The notes below the pieces were generated by a model, which had not been told where the DNA came from, did not search any database, and saw only the letters and a program-made list of their open reading frames with translations. The position numbers were made by a program, and so were the translations under genes. A stretch of 63,961 nucleotides of DNA, the filler included, from Trypethelium eluteriae (taxonomy: Eukaryota), in NCBI GenBank assembly GCA_051942245.1. It is 3 parts of 3 records of this genome, joined end to end, with 100 filler letters (N's around TTAATTAATTAA, not from the genome) between each part and the next. Parts side by side here need not be neighbours in the genome. Positions count along the whole stretch, not along the records: positions 23,528 to 46,953 come from JAVECL010000421.1; 2 more parts are not named here. One strand, written 5' to 3'. This document shows positions 26,124 to 38,568 of this stretch, piece after piece. The stretch's first letter is position 1. Each line of letters starts with the position of its first letter.

Positions 26124-28424
26124 ATGCAGTCCTCATCCGAGACCTATACCATCCCCATTCATGCCATCCATGAAAACAGCTCTGCGGCTGGCAACCCCAG
26201 CAAAAAGAAGCTATGGCAGACACGCATGCCTCTCCTGAGGTCCAAAAATGCTACATCCCCGACCGATAGTCAAGATCAGCTCAGCCGCGAGCAAACAAGA
26301 GGAACAACAAGCTCGGCGGCGAATAGGAAATGGTGGCGTGTGAGGCTCTTTAGAGGGATGGTCAACGATATCAGAAGGCGGGCTCCATATTACTGGAGTG
26401 ACTGGATTGATGCTTGGGACTATCGAGTTGTACCTGCGACCGTCTACATGTACTTTGCAAAGTATGTATCCAGTTTTGAAAAATCGAAAAGTCAAGGGTT
26501 CTTTTTCCCTCGTTGCTACAGACCAGGAAGATCTTCTTCATCCGGAAAACCAGTCCACGTTTTGTAAAATTCCTCCTCAGCACGAACTGTCTTCACCAAA
26601 ACCCAGACATAGCGTCAAGAACCACAGCAGAGTCCTTTTGTTGCAGAGCTGTGAATAGACTAATACACTATGCAGCATTTTGCCCGCTCTGGCCTTTTCC
26701 CTAGACATGTTCGCGAAAACTAGGATGAGCTACGGAGTGAACGAAGTACTCCTGGCATCCGTGTTGGGTGCTGTCGTTTTCGCAGTTTTTGCAGCTCAGC
26801 CATTGGTCATTGTAGGCGTCACGGGCCCAATCACTGTATTCAACTACACCGTTTTCGATATCATTACTCCTCGTGGTACTAATTACTTCGCATTCATGTG
26901 TTGGATTGGATTGTAAGTCTGATGCCCATACACTCTCCCATTTGGCATTACTGATCTATATTCAGATGGTCTTTGGTAATGCACTGGTTCCTTGCCATCA
27001 CCAATGCCTGCAACGGATTAACTTACGTCACTCGCTTCCCGTGCGATATCTTTGGCTTCTACGTCGCCTTCATCTACCTGCAGAAGGGGATCCAAGTCTT
27101 GACACGGCAGTGGGCCTATGGCGATGCGTCCGCGTATTTATCCATCATGGTCTCCCTTCTAGTCCTCCTAGTCGCCTACATTTGCGGCATCATCGGCGGC
27201 TCACCCCTGTTCCAACGCCACGTCCGCAAATTCATCGAAGACTACGGCACCCCCCTCACCGTCATCTTCTTCACCGGCTTCGTCCACATCGGCCACATGC
27301 GCAGCATCGACCTGTCCACCCTCCCCACCAGCCGCGCCTTCTTCCCAACCATGGACCGCAACTGGTTCATCTCCTTCTGGGACATCTCGGTCGGGGACGT
27401 CTTCCTCGCCATCCCCTTCGCCATCCTCCTCACCATCCTCTTCTACTTCGACCATAACGTCTCCTCCCTCATCGCGCAAGGCACCGAATTCCCACTCCGC
27501 AAGCCCGCCGGCTTCCACTGGGACCTATTCCTGCTGGGCCTCACCACCGGCGTGGCAGGCCTCCTCGGGATCCCCTTCCCGAACGGCCTCATCCCGCAAG
27601 CCCCCTTCCACACCAACGCCCTGTGCGCGACGCGCCTCGTCGCCGACGACTCCGCCGAGTCGAACAAAGGCCACACCACCCGCGTCGTCGACCACGTCGT
27701 CGAGCAGCGCGTCTCCAACCTCGCCCAGGGCCTGCTCACCCTCGGCACCATGTCCGGCCCGCTGCTCATCGTCTTGCACCTGATCCCGCAGGGTGTGCTC
27801 GCGGGCCTGTTCTTCGTCATGGGCGTGCAGGCGCTGCAGGCGAACGGCATCACGCTGAAGCTGTTCTTCCTGCTCTCCGACCCCAGCCTCCGGCCGCGCT
27901 CGAACCCGCTGGCGCGCATTGAACGCCAAGCTGCGATCTGGCTGTTTGTCGCACTCGAGCTGCTGGGGTTTGGCGCTACGTTCGCTATCACGCAGACGAT
28001 TGCGGCGATTGGCTTTCCGATCATCATTCTCGCGCTGATTCCTGTGCGCACGTTTCTGTTGCCCAGGTGGTTTCGGCCCGAGGAGCTGGCCGTGCTGGAT
28101 GCGCCGACGGCGAGCCCGTTTACGATGGAGAGTGTTGGAGGGAATTATGGGGAGGATGCTGGGGAAGCGGTAGCGCAGAGGGAGAGGGAGATGCGTGGGG
28201 CGAATGGAGAGAGTGTAGAGGAGGGTGAGCGGAGGAGCGATGAGGCCGAGAGAGGAGAGGGTTTGGGACCATGGGGCGGTGGAAACGCGAAAGCAGAGAG
28301 GGACGGAACGACTCGGAGGACAAGTTTTAGAAGCAGCGGGGTAGATGACAAGGGACTTGAGGCGATTGAGTTGACAAGTGGAATTGGTGGTAGTCGAAGG
28401 AGGAGTCGAAGTCGGAAAGAGTAG
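26124..28424 (+). CDS. BOR1: Borate/HCO3- anion exchanger family transporter (BOR1-like), 3 exons
   Basis: RRAPYYWSDW, YFANILPALAF, QPLVIVGVTGP, FYFDHNVSS, KPAGFHWD, NGLIPQAPFHT, EQRVSN. Confidence 0.93.
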
Positions 28425-28624
28425 GGAGATGGCGCTGCACATAGATGGCCAAAATAGAAGAGGTGCTAGTAGATGGGATAACATAGGTCCAACGGTGGAG
28501 AGCAACTATGTTAGACTACGAAAAATCTATCACGGAGTGCTTAGAGCTTTTCTGTGATAGCTCAGGACAGATAATTATCGCGAAGGTACCCTCATTCTCT
28601 GAAGTCAGCCCTTCGACATTACAT

Positions 28625-28807
28625 ACCTTACGGCGGCTGGGGGGGTCCTCAACTGGTAATTAATACAATGTCATCTCGACTTTACTGTTATGACCTTATT
28701 GGTCCATGTTAACACCGCCTTAACATGAGCCAAAATGGTCATAACAGTTAAACTGAGGTAACATTGTATTAATTACCAGTTGAGGAACCCCCCAGCCGCG
28801 GTAAGGT
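28625..28807. mobile_element. Foldback inverted repeat, probably a MITE-like element or hairpin RNA
   Basis: Arms 28625-28712 and 28720-28807 are 88 nt each, about 76/88 complementary with no indels; 7-nt loop CACCGCC; TA dinucleotides near both ends. Confidence 0.6.
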
Positions 28808-29044
28808 TGTTACCTAGTCAGTTTACGTACACGTGCACTGTCAGGCCTCATAATTTCATCTAGCGCGACTTGCATTTCATCAGCTATAGTATAATTGAGA
28901 GTATGCCTCTCGAGCTATTGCCATGTCGTAAGTCGTAAACGAGCGTCGGTACTAATTCTGTGGGAGCCATTCACACCTCCATGTTAATCTATATCTCGTC
29001 TTCATGAATGACTGCGGATCGCCTGAGGTCATTCTCATTCCCGT

Positions 29045-31369
29045 TTAATCCACATCGTCCATCGTCGACAAGCTGACTCCTCCACCACTCAACTCTCTCG
29101 TAGCTGTGTCCCTGTTCTGCTCAACCTTCACCGCAGTTTCGCTCGGCGGCAATGGGATTCCTCCGTCTCCATCATCACTCTCCCATCCCTCGTCCTCCTC
29201 ACGTACGCGCTGTTCAGCTTTCCCCGTCGCCACCTTGATCTTCTCCTTTAGTGACTCTCCACCTGCCCGCTCGACCGTGTCCTCGACTTCGCCCGGCCTC
29301 CCAACCGTCTGCTGTACTCCCTTACCGATATCACTGCCAACAGGTTTCCTCCCCTCTGCAGCCCTCAATGCGATCGCCAGCATCACATGCAACGTGTATG
29401 CCGCATCATTGCCTGCATTATGCAGATTCCATCCCGTGATTTCGAAATCGACCAATATCACTCCGAGCTGTTTCGCGTTGAGGTCGCGCGTGAGGACGCG
29501 ATACATAGCGTCAGCGTCGAGTGTGTCGATGACAGGCGATCTCTGCACTACTCCAATCTCCTTACCAGGAAACAGCGGATCGAAGCCTTTCACTAGGTTT
29601 CGCAGATAGCAGATGTCGGCTTGGACGTTATGACCGACAAGCACGACATTGCGGGTCGGTGGAGGTGGAGCACGCGCACCGGAAGCCGTGGTAAAGGCAT
29701 GTTTGGGAGGTGTGTAGTGCGCAGCGCGTAGGTCAGATGGGAGGGTCGAGATTGGTGCGAAGATCGAGGTGAGGATGGCGGGCGCGTCGGCGAGGCTGAT
29801 GAATTCGCTTTGGCCGAACTCGAATTTGTCGGGGCATCCTGCCACATACTGAGAGTTGACAAGGTGGGCGTACTCTTTAATGCGGAAATGGTATTTGTGA
29901 ATCTTTGGCTCCCAGTTGATACCATTCCTACCCGGTGGAACGCCGATAAGGTCGAGGGTGTCAAGGGTGGACACGCCAATTTCGGTGATAGAACTATGAT
30001 CTTTCTCCCAGAGTTCGACGTCGACGCAGACGAACACCACGGTGTTGTCAAAAGGGTAGAGTGGTGGCTGTTCGACATCGATCGGTGGAACGCGAGCTTG
30101 ATCCGAAATTTTGGCAAATGCTTCTCTCTCATCCTCCCAGTTCTCGAACGTTTCTGCAGGCAAGGCTGTAAAGCAAGACGTTAGCGACAATTAAATTAGA
30201 CAGATTGAGGAAAACTTGAAGCATACATTCGCGCTGGCTCTTAGGCCGGATCCCAAGGTATCGCTGTGCACGTTTCAACATGCGAACCATGTCTTGCTGC
30301 CTCTTCACTCGTCGCTCCTTCTTCTTTGCCTGGGCGGCATTCTTGCGAGTCTTGTTGACTTCAAGCATGGTCTGAATTTTCTGTTTGAATGCTTGAAGCG
30401 ATCTGTCGTCTGGTGAAGGGACGGAACCTCCTGTAGCACTCATCATTGAGTCGGTAGGGACGTTCAATTCCAAGAAATCGAAGTGTGCCTTGGATGTCGA
30501 TGTGCCCAGAAAGCGAGGTCGTAGATTTGGGTGCTCTGGAAATTGGACGACAAGACCAATGTCGACGAATTCTGATGAGATTTCGAGCTTAGAGTTGACA
30601 AAGGTGTTGTTGATGGCCGAGAGTAATCCTCGTACCTGATGCAATGGGATAAGGAGAAGAGGCTTCTGTGCCAGAGACTGCGGTGGATGCACATAATACC
30701 TATCGATATTTATATTAGCGGGCAACCTCCGGGGAGGCTGTGATTCATGGTGCCTCTCGACAGCATCCGCTGGGCCGCTGTAATTCACCATCACAGCAAC
30801 TTGATTGACTAACCATCTGCGCTCGGTAAAGACGTGTGAAATGTCCATGGGTTCGGGCATTCACTCAATCTCACGACATATCTGTGAGAAGTAAAGCGAA
30901 CTTACACGTCCCAATCCCGCATCCAGAATTTTTCTGCGTCAAAGAACGCGGATGCAATGGGCTGGGAAGCTTCTTCGTTGACAAATCTGTACGGGAATTT
31001 GCTGATAGCGAGGATAGGGCAGAAACATTCTTCTGGCGCTGTTAGCTGCCCGCGACGTGGATCCAGGCTGAAGTTCTCCGACGCGCCACTCTTGTCCTTA
31101 GATGCCTTTTTCTTTTTACCTTTGGATTGATCGGCAGAGTCTGACGATTGGTCAAGTGGGTTGAGTAGTTCATCATCAGAAGCGAGCTCGAGGCCTTCAA
31201 CCTGAGCGTCACCACCGCTGATAGGGCCACGTTCGTCATCATCAACCGAGCGAGATTCAGAAGCTGGATTGGTTTGTCCCGCTTCGTTGAGTGAAAGACG
31301 ATCCATAGGCGGAGGGAGTCGATCGTCGCCCAGGAGCATCTGCAAACGCTCAAACTTGAAGCGTGACAT
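29045..31369 (-). CDS. qip: QDE-2-interacting protein (QIP), Gfd2/YDR514C-like DEDDh exonuclease, 3 exons
   Basis: N-terminal FCPILAISKFPYRFV...FFDAEKFW; VCVDVE, LVGHN..AD, LHNAGNDA catalytic motifs. Confidence 0.85.
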
Positions 31370-32232
31370 GTTTGACGAATACTGCGAAGTTAGAAGCCTC
31401 GTCAGAGTTATGTTGGTGGGTAAAAAAGAGAAGAAGAGGATGTGAAGGGATTGGGTGATATGGTTGATGGTGACTGCAAAGGCTATTGCTGAATCTCACT
31501 TGGAAGGTGCCAGGCAGCCGTCAAAGTGACGTGATGTTCACCACAACAAGAAGCCAAAGGGAAAGAACCTCCATCTTCCCCCTAGGTCGACTAGAGATGC
31601 GCGGTAGCGCTTATGCACAAAGTGAGTGGGCGAATTGACTCTGCACCTGTAAGTCTCCTTTGGCCATTACAGAAGGCCGGACCCAAGGAGCATACGCTAT
31701 CGCGTTGCAATCGACTTAGATGTCTGTATTTATCATTTTTTCCATTGACTAACTCAGAATTTGCGAATGAAGATTCAAAGCAGCATGGCTTTGAGGGTCG
31801 TTTTAGTTGGAAATGTTGCACAGGGCTGGATAGTAGTGGAAACTGCTATGGTATTACGAAACAAGCGAGCAGCGTCGCTGCACTCGCTGTAGAATATGGT
31901 GAAGCATACGCTGCCAGATGCGACTGATTGTATAAAGCCCGATGCACTTTTTCAGTGTCACATCTTGGCGATCCTTAACGATGCTGTTGTCGATAAATAT
32001 ATGCTCTGAAGACGCTTGAGGGTTGTGTTGCAGTCTTTTTCCCGGCTCATCTCGGCGCCGGGAAATCCCGCCTTGCCGAGCCACCCACAGTCCACAGGGC
32101 AAGGAGCAAAACTCCCACAAAATTTCACCTATCTGTATTATCACGCGAGCACAACGTTCGATTTCCTACCCACCAATATACTCTTCGAGGAACACCCGGC
32201 ATTTCTGAAGGCTTAAGCCAAGCTCATTCACC

Positions 32233-32890
32233 ATGGTAAATACCTCCCGCACCTTCCTCACGCGCACCTTCTTCATTCCTCCTGAAGGCACCTGAGATAC
32301 GCCCCAAATCCGGTCACCACTAACGCAATGTCTCAACCTTCTAGTCGGACGGAGAAGAGGTCGCAGATGTTCCCGCCGCCGAAGAAGTCGAAGTCAGCGC
32401 CGATGCCTCCGCCGGTAAGGGGCAGATGTCAGTTTTAGACGCTTTGAAGGGAGTCCTGAAGCTCGCACTCATCCATGACGGCCTCGCGCGCGGACTACGA
32501 GAAGCTAGCAAAGCACTTGACCGACGACAGGCACATATGTGCGTGCTAAGCGAGGCGTGTGAAGAGGAAGCCTACAAGAAGCTGGTGATTGCGCTGTGTG
32601 GGGAGCATAAGATACCGCTCATCAAGGTGCCTGATGGGAAGCAATTGGGCGAGTGGGCTGGATTATGTGAGTCCTTCCACCACAAAATTCTCATTGGCAG
32701 CCCCGATTTAAAGTTTTGACAAAGCGGATGTTGCTGGAGAGATTAGCATAGGCTGACTGGACCAGGCCAAATTGACCGCGAGGGCAACCCCCGCAAAGTT
32801 GTCAATTGCTCCTGCGTCGTTGTCCGCGATTGGGGTGAAGAATCTCAGGAACGTACCATACTTCTCAACTATTTCCAGACGGAGCAATAG
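32233..32890 (+). CDS. RPS12: 40S ribosomal protein S12 (eS12), 3 exons with an ATG-only first exon
   Basis: [59 protein letters not shown]. Confidence 0.98.
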
Positions 32891-33366
32891 ATAGATCGAA
32901 TTTCATGTACCTTTACGATTTAGCAAGCGTGGACGGTCTCAAATGAACTAAGGATTGTTTCATGCCGAAAAATGGATACTTTCAAGCAGTATCTCTCCAT
33001 TACATGGCATCTCAGATAGAGTCTCCTTAAACTGTCTTACTGATAGTATTGGAAGGTTTAGCTGTTGTCGAATGTTACAAAGTCTTATTGAAGCTCGTCG
33101 CACACTGCTCATGTAATACGCTCGTCCTCAAAGAACAGCGAGTCATTGGCCCCACAGAAACTCCATGCTCACAAAATGCAGATGCCGTGCAACAATACGC
33201 CAGGCTAATCTACTAATGCATCCCAGCCGCCCAGAGATCGCTGTCCAATAGACAAGAATATCCATCCAACAAGCCCCCCATTGCAAACTTTCCCCCCATA
33301 TGCAGTCTTACTTTCTTTCACCAAGGCACAGTGGTCCTTTCACCTCCGCACCTGTCCTTTCTCCTC

Positions 33367-35927
33367 TCATCTCAAGCCCGAAGCTGCCAGGCCCATTCCC
33401 GGTGCTCTCACCGGACTCAGCCGCAAATGCTGATATGGACTGCTCTGAGGATCATAGTACAAACCTTCCACCTTCCCGTCACTGCGTCTCAAACACACAT
33501 AATAAAATCCCGAGATCGTCAGACCATGCCCTTGCATTGAATCCCCCTGACCCGCACCTCCATTCTCCACGCCTCCCTTCTCTGCCTCCGCCTCTCCCTC
33601 CACAGGGACATTGCCCGTCCCATTGTGTAGCGATATAGGAGAGACCGAGTTAGTGGAAGGAGTGGCACGCCCTGTCCAACGCCCCCACCCATCTCCCGCT
33701 CTCGTCCGTACAAAGCCACGTTCCTTCCAACGCATAAGGATCCAGTCGCGTCGGAGCTCTGCGAACCCCTTTTTGCTAACGAGCCGGCGCACGACATCCT
33801 CATCCGTGTGCTGCTGCGAGAACGGGGGCAGCTTGCGCCAATAGCAGGCATCGGTGGCGAGAGAGGACGCAAACGAGGTTGTTTGGAGAGTGTGGAGGTG
33901 GGTAAAGTCGAGAATTTCGCCGTCGAGATAGGTGGTGATCGGGGTACCTTTTGGGATTGGGGAGCTGGTAGTAGAACGAAGGTAAGGAGAAAAGGAGACA
34001 GAGGTTGGGGTCGGAAGGGCAGCGTCGGTGAAGGTGAGGTGGTTACTCGGGTTGGTGTTGGAATTTAGATTTAGGGCGGTGCTGTAGTTAGGGGGTTGAC
34101 TCGGGACATTGAAGGCTTCCATGGTGCCGGAGAGCGTCATATTTTCGAAGTCGATGGCGTGAATGGTGACGCGAACGGGCCAGGTGTCTTGGGCTGTAGT
34201 TATGTCGGATGCTCGTGCCGTTTCGCCTGAAGAAAGTGGTGGTGGTGTGAAGGTGTGGTTAAGCCAGGGACGAGAGGCATCGAAGGTGTTTATGCCAGGT
34301 CGAGATATCGCCGGATCAACTGTACTCGACGTGATCATTTGATTTGTAGAGACTCGGTAGATAGTTGCGCTATTCGGACCGTGCCCATTTGAGGGAATTT
34401 GTCCGTGGTAAGAGCTCGGAGCCGTAACTGCAGTTGCATGCTGACTACCCTCAAAAACCATGCCGGGTGCAAGCCAGGAACTTGGAGGCGGAGGTAACAT
34501 CGAGTCTGGATCCAGGATAAAGTCATCGTGGTGATCTCCGAAGAAGTCCTTAGTGACGAAGCCCCCATCGACGGCATATGAGAGGCTCTGCTCATAGCAG
34601 CTCGAGTCCCTTAATCGCGATAGATATTTGATCGCTGATTCCAGAAACGGACTTGATGTCGTGGTCGGTGGAGAAGGATTGTCGAGGAAACCTCGCCGGA
34701 GCGTATCGATGCGGATGTGTGGGTCTCGAGAGTGGTTATCGTGAAGGCGTTGCTGTGTCTGCCAGGCTAATCTGTTAAGCTCATAGCGGGTGGATTCTAG
34801 AGATGGTGGGCGGAGCCAGCGAGAACTTGGTCGATCTCGCTCTTCACTGTCGTGACCGGTCCGCTCGCGATCCATCACATATCTTTGTAAATGTTCTCTC
34901 GAACGAGCAGCGAATCGTGGATGGCGGCGAACGGATTGAAGGATGGCCGCTGAGCGGAGAGAAGACTCTGAAGGCTGAGGATGTGAAGCTGAATGACTAT
35001 TGAGGAATCGGGAGGAATAGGCTCGGTTGCGCGCTTCTCTTTCGGCATCAAGCTGTGATCTACCAAGGACACGAAGAATTTCTGGATGAGTATTCGGTTG
35101 CTGTGTTCGCAAATCGCGTAGAATGTCTTCTAGCTCCTCCCCATCGTCCTCATCATTAGCCGGTGCCCAGTCATAAAGTGACTGCTGGCTCGGAATTCGG
35201 TCACCATACGCAGGTTCCTGTAAACGATTCAAGCGTGACAGGATGCCCTGTAACCGCACAACCCGTTCGACTTCCTCGTCCTGCATCCCCCGGTTGTGAT
35301 GCTGATTGCGTTGGCGCTGCAATTCTCGTTCTAGAACTTCCCGTTCCGTAGCCAACCGCTGCGAATCTGGCCGTCTTCTAGTAGAGTCGAGTCGTGATGG
35401 GTTCGGTCGAGTCAAGTTATGATTACTTTGTCGTCCTTGTGCTATGGCTGAATGTTCGGATGTCCTGTACTGCTCAGGTACAGGAACGGGTAAAATTCTA
35501 TCTCTGCTTTCGCTTGTCATGACATCTCCGAATTGTGGCACAGTTTCGTTTTCGATATCCTCATCGACTTCCAGGTCTTGCGGGGGCCAATCATAGTCCA
35601 TTAGCCGTCGCAGAAACCGTACATTTTCCGCGTCAGCTTCGTCCTCTGCCGCCGTCGTTGTAAGGGTCGAGGCAAGATCTAAAACGGGACTCTCAAGTTC
35701 ATGTAGAGCAGACAGATAGGATGGAGGTGTTTGCGGGCGAGCGGCAGCCGTACCCTGTGAGGCAGTTAGCAGATCATGTATGAAGACAGCCTCATTGCAG
35801 GCGCGATCGCCGGCAGCCGCGCAGATGCATGCAGTCGCTCTTGGAGCTGCAATCGGCATGAGATCCAGCTACGTACAAGAGTTGGAGAATTGCTTGAGGA
35901 TTGTTCGGGCGTGTTTGAGGGAGGCAT
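33367..35927 (-). CDS. Long GID4/Vid24-domain protein (vacuolar import and degradation), intron 35755-35876
   Basis: SWLAPGMVFEGSQ, W.V.VTIH, GTMEAFNVP, ITTYLDGEI, MRWKE, TISGFYY, GLYYDP..SPYQ.L.L; 17-codon first exon splices in frame. Confidence 0.85.
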
Positions 35928-37506
35928 CGCTCAATGGCTCGGACACAGCGAGGACGGGGTTTGGAGTTGGGGGTATCCCGCCAAGGCGGTCGCAAATGGC
36001 GGTGGACCAGAAACGTAGGTCAGGATGGGTCCTGCTGTTTCATCGGCCGAGAAGGGGTTTGTACTGGGGAGGAGGTTAGGTAATGGTTATTAGGGTGATT
36101 GTTGTTGTTATCGTCCAGTTGTGTGAGGTTGGCGGCTGAGCGAGAAAACGCAAGGCGTGAGGCCATGACGAGGCGGTCGAGCGGGATGACGATTGCGGCC
36201 TGGAAACAAAGGCAGCCGCTTGATTCCAGAATATACCCGTCGTCACTCCTGCCTTTTGCCAATCCAATCACGTCTCACCTTCCAGACAAGACACTTGCAT
36301 CAATCCCCGTCAAACAACTGCCTTACAGCGCCTGACGAGCATGTGGTGCATGTCGTAGCATCGGCTCGTCTACACTTTGATCACGCGCCCCGGAGAATCA
36401 TGTGCTATTACAAACGACATTTTCACCAGAGCACGAGAGATGGCCAAAGATACAATGGGAGAACAGAATGTCAAGTGAGGATTTAGCGTTTGATTGTTTG
36501 ATTAGCTTTACAGTACGAGTAGAAGCACTGCTTCCTTCCAGCATCCCATTCTCTGAACTGAACTCTGTCCGTCCAAGAGCTCCCTCGGTACCTGTCCGAG
36601 GCATAGGAGATGAGCCTATGTGACCCTTGCACGACAGTCGAAGGAACTAAGGAGTCTTGAGTAAAAAGATCCATCAAAGGGTCGGCGTTCTGCAAGCAGA
36701 AACTCCGAAGCCTTCGAGCAGCTCGTCTGCCACAGGCTAGACAACTGCACTGATCTCGCACTCAAGCCTCACTTAGGCCTTGCCTGTCGTGACGAAGGGC
36801 GGAACGCTATACTGACATCCCAGATGCGTATACGTTCGTGCGCTGTCGCTGTCTCCCAGATGTTTCCAGCTGATGCTCAGCATCAGTTTGGGTAGAGCAA
36901 GAAATGACCCGTAAAGATTAGAGTGGCATGCCAGGCTCATAAATCATCACAAATCATCTCGTCACGACCAATGGTAAAAACAAAAGAAAATCCAAAAGTT
37001 ACAGGGTCCGAAGGGAGAGTGCATCCCAACCAGGCTCCTGTGGCCGTGAGGCCTATTCCCATCTTGTGAAATGCATCGACAAGCGATCCTTCCCAGAAAT
37101 ACACTGAAGAGTTCCGAGGTGCCAGACCGGCCGGTGGATGTATGCCAAATCCTTGAAAACACACAGAAACACATGAGATTGACAACGCTCGCTAACCAAA
37201 CAAGACAAAAACGACACAAAACAAAATCACAAAAATATGTATGAGATGAAAGAAGAAGGTTAGGAATCACTCGCTGAACCGCTGTAGAAGACGCCGCCCA
37301 TGATTGGTGGTAATGAGGATGTCACCTGACAAAGTATTCACTTCGTGCTGTTATGGATTCGCGTCGTGTTGCGTAGCTTTGTTCTTATCGGCGTTGCAAC
37401 GGCTATAAGCGGAAAGCCGCGAAAGTGTCGACCGAAGCAGCGAAGAAGATTGGGCAGGTAACCAGCTACCAGAGCTGCCATCAGATGAGACGGGGCTCTT
37501 TGATTG

Positions 37507-38568
37507 CTACATGACAGCATACTGCGGCGTGAAGTCGTTGTAGCTCCATGCAAATCCGCCGAAGCCACCAGCCTGTTGTGCGGTTGTGCCGCAGTGTTGC
37601 GACGCAAGCTGGCTGGGGAGAGGAAGCATAGGGGCTGCTGTTGTCGTTTGCGGTGAGCTGTAGTACTGTCCTGCAGAAGTGAAGGGCTGGCTGAAGGAAG
37701 GTGTGGGCGAAGGAAGTTGCTGAATGTCATTCATTCCCATCGAAGTCCAGAACGATGACTGCGCGTCAACCGACGAGGTCGTCATGGTCGGACTAGGGGT
37801 TGAAGGCAACACTTTCCAAGACTCGACTGGTGCAGGGTGTGGTGGCGGCAACGCTTGAGTTGTTGATTGCCACCAATTCCCGGCATTGGTCGAGCTTGGC
37901 AAAACTTGAGCTGGGCCCATTACGTCCACAATCCTAGGTGGCGGCGGTAACAACGGTAGGAATAATCCCATGATGGCGTTCTTGACATCTTGACTGCGTC
38001 CCTCAAGAAGCTCGCCCGACCCTTCCTCCTCCAGTCCCTCCAAAGCACGAACACCAGTCCGGAAGACGAATTTGTTCACGGCTTGCACAAACTCTTCTTG
38101 AAGCTTCTTGAGTTGGACTTCCTTCTCGTTCCAGTTCCACGTGCTGGCGGAAGCATCTACAGAGTAGATGTCCTTGTGGTACTCAATGAGCGAGTCAATG
38201 GTTTCTTGCGTGAGCTTGAATGCAACCTCATGCTGCGATACCATGTCGACGTGCACAACATAAGCCTCGATGTGGATCAGCTGATAGTTGAAGAGCGCTT
38301 CTACCAAGGGATTGGAGTCTTTGCGCAATTCCGAATCCGGTGCCTTGGGAAGCATGATCGATGATAACGTCCAGATTGCCGACGGGCCTGAAAGAGTTTC
38401 AGTGAGACATCGGTGGTGCTGGGTGACGCTATTCAACGGTCGCTTGATCCGGTTGATCCGCTTCAGTGCCTGGGTTAGCCAAGGTTCGACTTTGGAATTG
38501 AGCACGACGGTGCAATTAGATCGGGGCGCAAAGGCCGCGGCCGAAGCTGGTAATAATTGTATAGGCAT
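37507..38568 (-). CDS. Conserved fungal protein of unknown function (353 aa)
   Basis: Intronless ORF with coding-like codon use, a globular N-terminal half (VEPWLTQALKR..RPLNSV.QH) and a Pro/Ser/Thr-rich tail. Confidence 0.85.
   Translation of the reverse strand: MPIQLLPASAAAFAPRSNCTVVLNSKVEPWLTQALKRINRIKRPLNSVTQHHRCLTETLSGPSAIWTLSSIMLPKAPDSELRKDSNPLVEALFNYQLIHIEAYVVHVDMVSQHEVAFKLTQETIDSLIEYHKDIYSVDASASTWNWNEKEVQLKKLQEEFVQAVNKFVFRTGVRALEGLEEEGSGELLEGRSQDVKNAIMGLFLPLLPPPPRIVDVMGPAQVLPSSTNAGNWWQSTTQALPPPHPAPVESWKVLPSTPSPTMTTSSVDAQSSFWTSMGMNDIQQLPSPTPSFSQPFTSAGQYYSSPQTTTAAPMLPLPSQLASQHCGTTAQQAGGFGGFAWSYNDFTPQYAVM

Noticed and set aside
27525..28505. 326-aa antisense ORF over BOR1 (and similar shadow ORFs over phytochrome and QIP)
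   Set aside because: By-product of high GC3 on the opposite strand
30700..30905. Long qip intron (and the TPT1 intron at 24197-24404) as possible snoRNA hosts
   Set aside because: No convincing paired C and D boxes or H/ACA structure visible
36849..36867. Short palindrome ctgatgct-c-agcatcag
   Set aside because: An 8-bp stem is expected by chance in 64 kb
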